From Lama glama (lineage: Eukaryota), in NCBI GenBank assembly GCA_028534125.1, contig CM052816.1, positions 49,850,001 to 49,914,000 on the forward strand: DNA of 64,000 nt. Reading direction: 5' to 3'. The position numbers and the translations under genes were made by a program. Position 1 is the first letter of the stretch, and every line of letters starts with the position of its first letter. The notes beneath the pieces were generated by a model. The model did no database searches, had not been told where the DNA came from, and saw only the letters and a program-made list of their open reading frames with translations. This document shows, one piece after another, positions 1 to 12,768 of this stretch.

Positions 1-3000
1 CCTAATGAACTAAGACACATCCCTAGAAGGAATCTGTTACTAGTGGTATAAATAAGCTGCTTGGCATGTGGACTTTTAAACAATAGTAAAATCTTTTTCA
101 ACTTTACAGTGGAGAAAAATTAGTGGGTTAGGACTAGTTTATTTTCTTGATTAAATACATTAGGAGACGAGGGGAGGGGAGGAGAGAGGAAGGAAGGATT
201 GAGTCCATTTGTAAAAATTCTTCTGCAAAACATACTATATCAGTTATATTCCTGTGTATGTAAGTGTTCTTTATCACAGTGCTAATTATTTTTCTTACTT
301 TGAGATAGCCATAAAAGTTTGAAAACCACTGCAGTATGGTCCCTGAACCTCTTTCTTAATGAGTGGCATCTCTTGGTTGCCAGGTATGCTGGGGGCTGAT
401 GCAAGTTTAGAGCCAGAATTGGTGGATCCTGTCAACAGGCTTTTAGGGGCTGGGTGGGGACAGAGGCGGCACATGGTGCTGGAGGCCTGAGAGATTTTTA
501 AGAAAACAAAGAGATACTACACGGAGAATTGTGTGGATTTTTTCTCTGCGGTGGGCAAAGCCCTTTGTCCTCCTCGTAAAATATTCTAATGAAATAAATT
601 TTTCCCTATTCCACTTCATTGTTTATTCTGCTAAGGAAGGTGCGAGTATGGCCTGAAGGTGGGTTTGCAGCATGAGCAGAGGCTGCCTGTGGGCACCTGG
701 CACTTGAGTTTAAACATACAGATCCAAAAGTTGTTCTGTTTTTGCTTGTTTGTTTGAATAGACATTGATGAGTTTTTTTAAATAGATTTTTCTACAGTCA
801 CTTCTGATTTAAAAATTGATAATTTGATTCCCCCCACACCCTCATTCTAACCTTTTAAGCCAACCTTTCAGAACTCTTACTACTAATTCTTTGCTTGAGA
901 GTTTTCCTACCTAAACCTGATATCATAAATGCCTCCAAATAGTAGCATTGGGCTGTAATTCAGGACCTATAAAATGTTGAAATGTTTTCACTTTCACTGG
1001 AGATATAAAAGCTAAATCCTTTCATAATTAACACTGTAGAAATTACTAAATGAAGATTAAGATTTAGATTAACCAACTCTTAAAAAATCATTCTCTGAGA
1101 AAAATTTCAAAATCTACACAAGCAAGGTTCTGGAAATACAAAAATGAAAAGACTCCAACTGTCATGAGATTGCATTCTGGGGGGTGGGAGTGGGCAGACA
1201 AGGAAGCCAAGGATCGTATTAGGTGCCGTGACAAAACTATGCTCAAAGTGCAAAGAGAACACAGAACACAAGCACTCACTCTAGTAAATGAAGTAGGTCA
1301 GGCAAGTTACCCTGGGGGAGGGGACATCTGAAATGACATCAAAATGGTCCAATTTAATATTTATGACCCCCAAAATCTCCAATTTACTATTCATGATAAC
1401 TCTAGGAAGTAACTAACATCTCCTCTTTGGAAAACAAGAGAGGCTGAAAGAGGTTAGGAGATTTGCCAAGTTGCAGAGCTCTGCTTTGTCCCTAGATTTG
1501 ATTCCTCTCCATCCCGGTGTAATACCCATTTTCTTCTTTTAAGTCAAAGGAGGTGCTGAAAATGTTTCCTTACATACTAGTACATAAATTACCAACAGGA
1601 ATGATATTCCTCCAGACAAGCAGTCATTGTTTATCTTGCAACTCCTCACACTGTCCTAAATAATTGCATAGACCAGTATTATCTAATAAGGTTTTGAAAT
1701 AATTGGTTAACGGGCGAGGTGTTGATCACAAGACATATGAGGACAGGTCCTCAAAAGATGACGAACAGCTAATGAGCACCATGAGATATGTGATGGCATT
1801 AATTTTTTAAAAGGAGAATAATAAGCCCCAGCTGTCAAAGTATCTGCTATCCCACGACACAGTAAATGGCCTGTCCCCATGTGCAGAAGCATGAGATTGT
1901 TCATGGAAAAATCAAAAGCATTTATATTTAAGAAAATTTGGAGAATAGCATTCACTCAGTTAAGAGGGGCCACAGATAGTTTCCATTTTTAAAACAATTT
2001 CCACATAACACCCAAAAAACAAGAACAAAAACCATGCCTTCTTGAGTTCTAGTTCCCAGTATTTAAGAGGTAACATGCTCTTGATTAGAAGGAAGCTGAG
2101 TAGTGAACAGTATCTTAGAAAATAAGGTACGTGTATTCACACGGTTTAAGGAACCGACTTAATAAATAGATGGCATTATCTTTTTCATTCCCCGGTGACT
2201 TTTCAATTAGTAGAATTAGAAGCTTAACCAGTGACTAATAACTCTGTGCAACCTCATGTAATCAGTAAATGAAATTCCTATAACTTGATTTAAATAGTCA
2301 ATTCTCTGTCAGTTATTCATCAGTGAACCAGAATAAGCTGAAATAATTCTAGACAATTGGAATTAAGGAACCATCAGCTCTGGGATGCGTTTGTTTAAAT
2401 GTTTAATTCCCTAGGTTGCATTCATCCAGTATCTAAATGTGTTCAAGAAAGGAGAGTGTAAAGTTCTCATGGCCAATGAATATTACTCCTAATATTTGAA
2501 TTATAACCTTGCTAAAGCCGAATTCATATATTTCACTAAAATCAGAAAACTGGTCGATGGTCTTTTTATGCTGACTCTGTTCTTGCCCTTTCCAGGAAAA
2601 AGAAAATATCTTTGCTTTTTCATCTCTCTTTAATTTTTTTAAACCTACCCAATATTTTAAATCATCTTTTGAAAATTTAGGGCCTCCGCACGGATAAGGC
2701 ACACTGAATGTAGTGAAAAGATCATTTACGATCCTTACTTATCCTTTCAGTGGGCTAATTTTACAGTAGCACCTGAAAGCTTTAAGAATATTCAGTCTGT
2801 AGTCTAATGTGAGTACCTGATTATGTCTAATGCATTCCTGAACATTAAGTTATTCTGGGTCTTGGTTTGAGCCAATATTCTGTTCCTTATTAAGCACATT
2901 GTCATGTATATATTCCTATTTCTTTTCTAAAAACCATTTTCACAGTAAATAATAATTTGAAACCTGTGCTTCAGGCCCTCTCTCATCCAAGAAATTTATT

Positions 3001-3928
3001 TAGAGTGTACTAAAGGCAAAACAAAAGGACCCATAAAAATATCAAGGATGAAATTTATGTCCATGGCATCTGTGGATGGTCAAATAGATTGTGACCGGCA
3101 CAAAGCTGACAGGCCAAGGGTTCTGAGTGCAGGCTGAGGTCCATTCTCTTTTTTCCTAAAGAAGGTCTGTCCAGAGGAAGTGTCTTTGTGTATATCATAT
3201 TCCCAGAAAGGCCCCTTTTGCTAATTATAATTAGCATCTTATTTTCTGGGGATAGAGGCATCGTGATTAGTTTCAATGCCTGCCCCTAATTTTTGTTAAA
3301 TTCAATCTTTCAGTATAGACACTATCAATATTTTACAGTTTTGCAATATAGTTAGCATATTCTAAAACTTTCCTTAGAATAACCTTAAAAATGAAAGTGA
3401 AAATTCCAGCTTTTGTTTCAATCTCCCTTCTACTGATGTTGCTATAGATCACAACTTGTACCCAACATGGGTATAGAGGTCCTCTTTTTCTACCCCTATT
3501 TACTGCCTTCAAAATGGCTAGAATAGTTACAGTAAGGATGTATCAGGTGAGTTATATACTGGGCAGAAAAAAAAAATTCTAGAATCTTCTTTATTCATTA
3601 AGTTACTTTTAAGTGCCTACCCAGTGGACTTGGAGACCCACATAACCAGGTTGACATTCTACTGAACTCAGAGAGCTTGTTAATAATGTTGGCAGAACTG
3701 GGGGCACCAAAGGTAACATAAGGAGCTGATACAAATTGCTCCCCCCCATATAAGAAAGCTCTTTCATTGCATTGACAGCTTTGGAAGGTAGTGAAATACT
3801 GAATCTTTCAAGATTTACCTTTTCAGGCTATCTGCAAAGTATTTGAGTTACTTTTCCCTTTAGAGAATGTTTATTGGAAATATTTTAATCAAAAATTTAT
3901 TCAAAAATGCAAATAAGGGAGGAGTGGC

Positions 3929-3937
3929 CAAGATGGC
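3929..3937 (+). promoter_or_regulatory. YY1-type motif of the L1 internal promoter
   Basis: CAAGATGGC about 12 nt from the element 5' end, the usual position in mammalian L1 5'UTRs. Confidence 0.65.
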
Positions 3938-5441
3938 AGGGTAGAAAGACCCTGAGCTCACCTCCTCTCACTAGCACATCAAAATCACAACTCTCTGCAG
4001 AAAAACCATTGATGAAAAAGACTGGAACCTACCAGAAAAGATCTTCCACAACTAAAGACACAAAGAAGGAACCACAATGAGATGGGTAGGAGGGGTAGAC
4101 TTGTGATATAATCAAATCTCATACCCTCTGGGTGGGTGACCCACAAACTGGAGAATAATTACATTACAGAGGTTCTCCCACAGGAGTGAGAGCTCTGAGC
4201 CCCACATCAGGCTCCCCAGCCCAGGGGTCCAGCACTGGGGAAGAAGATCCCCTAGAGCATTTGGCTTTGAAGGCCAGCAGGGCATAATTCAGGAGCTCCC
4301 GGCTCCTGGATAAGGCTTCACTCTTAAAGGGTGCACACAAAATCTCAGACACCAGGGTAGAAGCAGTAACCTGATAGAAGCTTGGGCCAGACCTACTTGC
4401 TGGTCTTTGAGAGTCTCCCAGAGAGGCAGGGGTGGCTGTGGCTCACCTTGGGGAATAGACACTGGTGGCAGACACAATGGGGAATATTCAAATGTGTGAA
4501 CACTGCTGCTAGTGGCTGCTATCTTGGCCATTCAGAGCCAAGACCCAACAGCCTACAGATGCCAGTGCTGGGACACCTCAGGCCAACTAACTGGATAGGG
4601 ACCTACCCCTACCTATCAGTAGACAGGGTGCCTAAAGTCTTCCTGAGTCCACAGCCTCCTCTAGACATGCACCTAGACACAACCTTGCCCACCAGAGGGC
4701 CAAGACCCAGTTCCAGCCACTAGTGGGAAGGCACTGGCCCTTCCAGCCAGGAAGTCTCCACTACCCTCTAGACCAGCCTCACACACCAGAAGCAGAAAAT
4801 TACAATCTCACAGCCTGCTGGCTGAGCTCACCAAAAGCAAGACAGATCCTACCCTGGGACCAGCCGGGCACTGGCCCTCCCAGCACAACCTTTAGGACAC
4901 TCCAGACCCCATACCCAACTGTGTCAGGAGCCAGCCCCCTCTCACAAGTGATCTGAAATGAGCTCTGGAATCCCTGGGCCCTGTAGCCAGACTTCAGGAA
5001 ACACCTCTGCCTGACAGTAGGCCAGCACTAACCGCAAACCTGGCTTCACTTGTCAGTGGGTGGCAACAGCCCAGAGTCTTTGGGATAATGACTCCATCCA
5101 CTAGTGAGACAGCACTAACCACCGGGGCCCCTAGGGTTCTGCAACCAGCTGCCTCATGACTGGGCCTCAGTAAGCAGCATCCACACAAAGTAGGGTCTGG
5201 CAACCAATCAGATTAGGGGCCAACCAAGCATACAAGACCACCCACACAGCCAGCCCACCACAAGAGAAGGACCCATGAGGCCCTCTTAAGGGGAACCCCT
5301 AGAGCATATAGCTGGGGTAATGAGAGTGGAATGCATTGCTGAGATAGATAGAATGTCTCCTTCAGAGGGCCACTTCGCCAAGGTGGAGAATCATAACTAA
5401 CATACCACATACGTAATAATACAAATAGCAACTTAGGCAAA

Positions 5442-6319
5442 ATGAGGCAGGAGAGGAATACGTTTCAGATGAAGGAACAAGATAAAAACCCCAGAAGAAG
5501 AACCAAGTTAAGTGGAGATAGGCAATCTACCTGAGAAAGACTTCACAGTATGATCATCAAGATGATCAAAGAACTTGGGAGGAGAATGGATGCACAAAGC
5601 AAGAAATTAGAAGTTGTAAACAGAGTTAGAAAATATAAAGAGCAACTAGAGAATACAATAACTGAAATGAAAAATACACTAACTATACACTAGAAGATAT
5701 TAATAGTACACTATGATACAGAATGGATCAGTAAGGTGGAACAGAGTAGTGAAAAATCACTGCCACTGAAGAGAAAAAAGAATAAAAAGAAAGGACAGTT
5801 TAAGAGACCTCTGTGGCAACATCAAGCATACTAATATTTGCACTATAGGGGTACAGGAAGGTGAAGAGAGAAAGGGCTTGAGAAAATATTGGAAGAGATA
5901 ATAGCTGAAAACTTCCCTAACTTGTAAAAGCAGTCACCCAAGTCCTGGAAGTGCAGTGAGTCCCATATAAGATTAACTCAAAGAGGAACATACCAAGACA
6001 CATTGTAATCAAAATGACAAAAATTCAAGATAAAGAGAGAATATTAAAAGCATCAAGGGGAAAGCAACAAATAACAAACATACAAGGGAACTCCCATAAA
6101 GCTAGCTGGTTTTTCAGCAGAAACTCTGCAGCCAGAAGGGAGTGGCACAATATATTTAAAGTGATGAAAGAAAAAACCCTACAACCAAGAATACTATACC
6201 CAGCAAGTCTCTCATTCAGATTTGATGGAGAAATGAAAAGCTTTACAGACAAGCAAAAGTTAAAAGAATTCAGCAACAACATCCCAGCTTTATAACAAAT
6301 GTTAAAGAAACTTCTCTGA
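5442..6319 (+). pseudogene. L1 ORF1p (RNA-binding chaperone), frameshifted
   Basis: Begins MRQERNTFQMKEQDK. C-terminal fragment ARREWHNIFKVMKEKTLQPRILYPASLSFRFDGEMKSFTDKQKLKEF (6014-6295) is typical ORF1p. Multiple indels and stops. Confidence 0.88.
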
Positions 6320-6825
6320 GAGGAAAAAAGGACCATAACTAGAAAACAAGAAATTATGAAATGAAAAAGCTCATAAGTAAAGGCAAACATACAGTAAAGG
6401 TAGTAAATCATCCACACACAAAGCTAGCAGGAAGGTTAAAGGACAAAAGTAGTAAAATTGTCTAATTGAGTCTCCACAATAAGCAGTTAAGTGATACACA
6501 GAACAATTAGATGTAAAATATGATATTGAAAGCAGTCATCATGAGGGGAGGAGAGTACAAATACAGGGTTTTAAAAGTCCATTTGAAATTAACAAATCAG
6601 CAACTGAAAGCAATCATATATATGTACTACACACACACACACACACAAGCTGCTGTACAAAAACCTCATGATAACCACAAACCAAAAATCTGTAATAGAT
6701 ACATATACACACACACAAAATGAATCTAAATATAACGCTAAAGAGGGTCATCAAATCATAACAGAAGAGAGCAAAAGAAGAAGGGGGAAAAAAAGACCTA
6801 TACAAACAAATCCAAAATAACAAAA

Positions 6826-9670
6826 ATGGCAGTAAGAACATAAATATTGATAATTACCTTAAATACAAACAGACTAAATGTTCCAAACAAAAGACAAAGT
6901 GGCTGAATGGGTATAGTAAAGACCCATATATATGCTGCCTATAAGAGACACTTCAGATCTAGAAATATATACAGACAGAAAGTGAGGGAATGGAAAAGAT
7001 ATTCCATGCAAATGGAAACCAAAAGGAAGCTGGAGAAGCAATCCTTGTATCACACAACACAGACTTTAAAATAAAGACTGTTACAACAGATAAAGAAGAA
7101 CACTACATAATGCTCAAGGCATCAATCCAGGAACAAAGTGTAACCATTGTAAATGTATATGCAAACAATTTAGGATCACTTAAATATATAAAGCAGCTGT
7201 TAGCAAACATAAAAAGAGATACAGTAACGCAGTAATAGTGGGGGACCATAACACCCCATGTATCTCAATACACAGATCATCCAGAGAGAAAATCAATAAG
7301 GAAATACAGGTCTTAAATAATACATTAGACCACATGACTTAACTGATATATGTAGAACATTCCACCTGAAAGCAGCAGAATACAAATTCTTTTCAAGTGC
7401 ACATGGAACATTCTCCATGATAGATCACATGCTAGGCCAAAAAACAAGCATTGGATAATTTAAGAAAACTGAAATATCAAGGATCTTTTCCAACCACAAC
7501 ACTGAGACTAGAAGTCAACCACAAGGAAAAAAACTGGAAAAAAAAAACATAGAGGATAAACAATATGATAGTAAGCAACCATGGATCACTGAAAAAGTCA
7601 AAGAGGAAATCAAAAAATACCTAAAGACAAATAAAAATATGACAATCCAAAATCTATGGAATACAGCAAAAGCAGTTCTAAGAGAAAAGTTTATGGCAAT
7701 ACAAGCTGACCTCAGGAAACAAGAAAAATCTCAAATAAACAACATAACATTACACCTAAAGCAACTAGAGACAGAAGAACAAACAAAAGCCAATGTTAGT
7801 AGAAGAAAACAAATCATAAAGATCAGAGAGGAAACAAATGAAACAGATTTAAAAAATAGAAAAGATCAATGAACTGTTAGCCAGACTCATCAAGGAAAAA
7901 AGGGAGAGAGCCCAAATCATAAAAATTAAGAGTTACAAACAACACCAGAGAAATAAAAAGGATCATAAGAGACTACTATACACCAATAAAACAGACAACC
8001 TAGAAGAAATGGACAAATTCTTAGAAAGGAATAACCTCCCAAGACCGAACCAGGAAGAAATAGAAAATTTGAACAGACCAATTACCAGTGCTGAAATTGA
8101 ATCAGTAATTTTAAAACTCCCAACAAACCAAAGTCCAGGACCAGATGGCTCCACAGGTGAATTCCACCAAACATTTAGTGAAGAGTTAACATCTATCCTT
8201 CTGAAACTATTCCAGAAAATTTCAGAGAAAGGAATACTTCCAACTCATTCCATGAGGCCACCATCACCCTGATACCAAAACCAAAGACATCACAAAAAAT
8301 AAAATTACAGGCCAGTATCACTGACAAAGAGAGATGCAAAAATCCTCAACAAAATACTACCAAATCAAATCCAACAATAAGTCAAAAGAATCATACACCA
8401 TGATCAAGTGGGATTTATCCCAGCTATGCAAGTATTTTTCAATACCTGCAAATCAGTGTGATACACCACATTAACAAATTGAAGAATAAAAACCATGTGA
8501 TCATCTCAATGGATGTAGAAAACGTTTTTGATACAATTCAACACCCATTTTTGATTAAACAAACAAAACAAAACAAAAGAACTCTCCAAAAAGTGGACAC
8601 ATCAACATAATAAAGGTCATATATGAAAAACTCACAGCTAACTTCATACTCTGGTGAAGAGGTGAAAGCATTCCCCCTAAGATCAGGAACAAGAAGAATG
8701 CTGACTCTCACCACTTTTATTCAACGTAGTCTCAGAAGTCGTAGCCACAACAACCAGAGAAGAGAACTAAAAGGAATCCAAATTGGAAGGGAAGACTGTC
8801 ACTGTTTGCAAATGACATGATATTATACATAGAAAATCCTAAAGACTCCACCAGAAAACTACTAGAGCTCATCAATGAATTTGGTAAAGTTGCAAGATTG
8901 AAAATTAATATACAGAAATCTGTTGTATTTCTATACACTAACAACAAAATATCAGAAAAAGAAATTAAGGAAACAATCCCATTCACCATCTCATCAAAAA
9001 AGAATAAAATACCTAGGATAAGCCTACCTAAGCAGGCAATAGATTTGTATTCCAAAAACTCTTAAGAAATTGATGAAAGGAACTGAAGATGCACAAACAG
9101 ATGGAAAAATACACTGTGTTATTGGACTGCAAGAATCACTTTTCTTACAGTGGCCGTACTTCAAGGGAACCTACAGATTCAATGCAATCCCTATCAAACT
9201 ATCAATGGCTTTTTTTTTTTTTACAAAACTGGAACAAAAATTTAGAAATTTGTATGAAACACAAAAGATTCCAAAGAGCCCAAACTTGAGAAAGAAGAAG
9301 GGAGCTGGAGGAATGATGCTCCCTGACTTTAGACTATATTACAAAGCTACAGTAATCAAAAGAGTATGGTACTGGCACAAAAATAGAGACACAGATCAAT
9401 GGAACATGATAGAAAGTCCACAAATAAACCCATGCACTTACGGTTAATTAATGTATGATAAAGGAGATAAGAATAAACAATAGAGAAAAGATAGTCTCTT
9501 CAATAAGTGGTGCTGGGAAAACTGGACAACTACATGTAAAAGAATGAAATTATAACATTTTCTAACACTATATATGAAAATAACTCAAAGTGGATTAAAG
9601 TCCTAAATGTAACACAGGATACTATAAAACTCCTAGAAGAAAGCATAGGCAGAACACTCTTTGACATAAA
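6826..9670 (+). pseudogene. L1 ORF2p (APE endonuclease + reverse transcriptase), disrupted, C-terminus deleted
   Basis: Endonuclease fragment KIFHANGNQKEAGEAILVS; Z-domain [17 protein letters not shown] motif read as [17 protein letters not shown] (FADD degraded) near 8802-8850; [23 protein letters not shown]. Confidence 0.92.
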
Positions 9671-10525
9671 TAGAATAAAAATAAATAAATAGGTAAACAA
9701 CGTGGTTCTACTGTATAGCACAGGGAACTATATTCAATATCTTATCATAAACTATATGATATATATATATATATATGGTCTGAATCACTTTGCTATACAC
9801 CTGAAACTAACACAACATTGTAAATCAACTATATCTCAATTAAAAAAAATAGAGTTGGAAGAAAAATGCAAATAAAACCACATATTTATACATTTGTATT
9901 ATAGTTTATGGTTTATATTGCATATTACCAAAAAGCATGAACTGAAAGGCACATTGTTGTGCCTTTTCAAACTTCAATTGCTAGGTGAGTCCACTGAAAC
10001 TTTTGATAGAACAATCCCATAAATTAATAGGGGATGAGAGTCACTGATTTATATTCTAAAGGGATTCTTAAAATATTAAAAACATGTCTCCTACATTAGT
10101 CTCTGGTTTAAGTAAATTTACACACAAAAATAAAAGCAGTATTTTCCCTATACAAGTCATATTTCTTTCTGTCAGCATAACCTTTGGACTTTTCAGGATT
10201 TATGTAATGCTGCCAAAATAAAAATGTAATTGGCCCCTATCACAAAATCCAGCCCTGAAATAATACTCTGCTTCAGCTGAGATTTACTTTAGTTTAGAGA
10301 GCATTTATTAAAACAGATCCATTTCAATGGAATGGTTTCTGTATTATGAGCTAATTTTTAATAAAAATGGTAATCCATCTGAGAATCGTATTTTTACCTC
10401 TGCTACCTATTTCATTTCAAAAAAAAAAAAGTCACAGGCCCAAACATTGACATTATCTGAAGAATAGAAATATATAAACTTCAATATTATTAGCATGTCT
10501 TAAATCTGGTATTGTAAATTATAAA

Positions 10526-10625
10526 TTCTATTTACAAACCTACATCTCCCAATCTATCCCTAGGAAGTGCACCAGTTCTATTTACAAACCTACATCTCCC
10601 AATCTATCCCTAGGAAGTGCACCAG
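10526..10625. repeat. Perfect direct tandem duplication, 2 x 50 bp
   Basis: TTCTATTTACAAACCTACATCTCCCAATCTATCCCTAGGAAGTGCACCAG at 10526-10575 and 10576-10625, identical. Confidence 0.97.
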
Positions 10626-10874
10626 ACAGCCTAGAGGATTCTGTAGCATCTGCTGACAAATGCCAGATTCTTCCATTTGGTGGTCATACCTTCTTTAGAT
10701 TGGCACACCCAAGGCAACTATGTATGCAAATAATTAGTATCATTAGTCAGTTAAAGAACCTAAGGTTTCTGTCCTGCAAAAAAAAAGATTGAGGAATCAG
10801 ATAGCCCCGAGTTCAAGTATCAAATCCTCTTTGGGCAGGTTTCCAGGAGTGTTTCCTCTGGAAATTTTTTTCCT

Positions 10875-10878
10875 TTGG

Positions 10879-10921
<43 letters not shown>

Positions 10922-10949
10922 GGAAGTGTGTGTGTGTGTGTGTGTGTGT
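10875..10949. repeat. Interrupted (GT)n microsatellite
   Basis: TTGGAA(GT)~20 followed by TGGAA(GT)~12. Confidence 0.95.
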
Positions 10950-11499
10950 AAAAATAGGTTCTCAGTAAATTTTAGTTTTTTTGAATTTGTGATTTTCGGT
11001 TTTGTCCCCGTGGCAGCCTTACTTTTCAAAGATCACAAACTCAGGTGTACAAAAATGTTACTCTTTATATTTCATCTAGTGCCTCCCTCTAAAAAAAAAA
11101 AAGTAATCTAGTCATTTCCAAGAAAACTCAGTTACTTCAGTGATTTCCGAGTTATTTTATGTATTTACTAATTTCTTCCAAATTCACTACTTTTCTCCTG
11201 CCAGTCTGTCAGCCGGAGGTGAAGCCTAAGCTTCAGGGCATTAGAAGGCCATGTGAGTTAGCAGGACAGGGATACCCATATCCCCATCGTATCTGGCAGC
11301 TGGTGTGAGATACAGAATTATCTTGTCTGTGGCTGTGCTCTGTTGCCCTCCATGGGGACAACACAGTCTTTTCTCCACTGGGCCACTTGCTGCTCCATCC
11401 TGCTATCAGAAGCCACTGTTCCTTACTGTGACCCCTCAGGCCACCGTCTTCTGCCTGAGCTGATACTGGGCCCTTCTTTGGGTGACTGGGACGACTCAC

Positions 11500-11618
11500 C
11501 AGAATGTGGTCTCCATAAGGGCTTTTGTGTGCTACTCAATCCCTGTCCTCACACAGACATCTATTCTCTATAGATGTTTGTTGAATGAATGAATGAATGA
11601 ATCAATGAATGAATGAAT
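11500..11618 (+). mobile_element. LINE-2 3' end with (GAAT)n tail
   Basis: ATGTTTGTTGAATGAATGAATGAA terminus typical of L2. Confidence 0.7.
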
Positions 11619-12306
11619 ACAACGTCTGAGATTCTCTTTAGAGAGGAAGACTTGGAGCTGTCCTCAGAATGGCTCTGCTCCCTGACTCAGCCACCTCCAC
11701 TCTAGGCCCCAAGACGCTGTAGCCTAAGCACATCTGTGAGGTCACCGACTGCCAGAATTTTGGACTGCCAGGGAGTCACAGGTCGTTCCTTTCCCTGACT
11801 GCACTACTGAGGGGGAGACAGACCCTGCATACCCTGCTCCAATGCAGAAGGGCCATTCCTTCCTCCACTCCTTCCCTCCCAAGCTCAGAGGGGCTTGGTG
11901 AAGGTCAGGTTTTGGGGAACTCATTCAGAAGGGGCTCTCCCCAAAATGTTTGCGTGTGACACCCAGAGCCTGGCTTTTCTGCTTTTACTTGGAATTAAAG
12001 AATAGGGAGAAGACAATGATCAGAGGCACAAAGGCCCGTGGGGAAGGAACACATCAGTTAATAATTTCCTTAACACTCATCCACATGCATAAACAAAAGA
12101 GTATTAAACCTCTCTGACCTCAGGTTCCCTATTAGTAAAATGAAGTAGCTGATGAACTCGCAGACAGATAAAACCCTGGCCCTCAGGAAGTTTTACTAAA
12201 GCACAATGAATTATGACACAATATGCATTTTTGTTCCTTTAATTGAAGATTTTAAATGAAACTGGCAGGAATTCTATATTTAGTAACTATATGTAAGATT
12301 AAGTTG

Positions 12307-12768
12307 TATATATATACAATGGGATACTACTCAGCCATAAAAAAGAATAAACTAATGCCATTTGCAGCAACATGGGTGGACCTGGAGATCATCATACTAA
12401 GTGAAGTAAGCCAGAAAGAAAAATAAAAATACCATATGATATCACTTATATGTGGAATCTTAAAAAATGACACAAATGAACTTATTTACAAAACAGAAAC
12501 AGACTCACAGACATAAAAAACAAACTTATGGTTACCAGGGGAGAAAAGGAGTAGGGGAGAGGGGTGATAAATTAGGGGTTTGGGATTTGCAGATACTAAC
12601 TACTACATACAAAATAAACAACAAGGCCCTACCGTACAGCACAGGGAACTATAGGCAATACCTTGTCGTAGCCTATAATGAGAAAGAATGTGAAAAGGAA
12701 AATATGTGTATGTGTAACTGAATCACTATGGACTATACTTCAATAAACAATAAATGAATAAATAAAAT
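12307..12768 (+). mobile_element. 5'-truncated L1 (ORF2 end + 3'UTR)
   Basis: TACTACTCAGCCATAAAAAAG..ATGCCATTTGCAGCAACATGG..GTGAAGTAAGCCAG, then CACAGGGAACTATA 3'UTR and A-rich tail. Homologous to 46430-46610 and 9700-9840. Confidence 0.92.

Larger units (their letters stand above)
3917..9861 (+). mobile_element. LINE-1, 5'-complete, inactive, cetartiodactyl-type (5'UTR, ORF1, spacer, ORF2, 3'UTR, A-tail)
   Basis: Exact 14-bp target-site duplication AAAAATGCAAATAA at 3903-3916 and 9862-9875. Starts GGGAGGAGTGGCCAAGATGGC. Many ORF-track fragments are ORF1p/ORF2p-like. 3'UTR ends in an A-run near 9842-9849. Confidence 0.95.

Noticed and set aside
10526..10625. CRISPR-like array
   Set aside because: Two adjacent copies with no spacers, in mammalian DNA.
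11683..11689. Isolated AP-1 sites TGACTCA here and elsewhere
   Set aside because: Several 7-mer matches are expected by chance in 64 kb.
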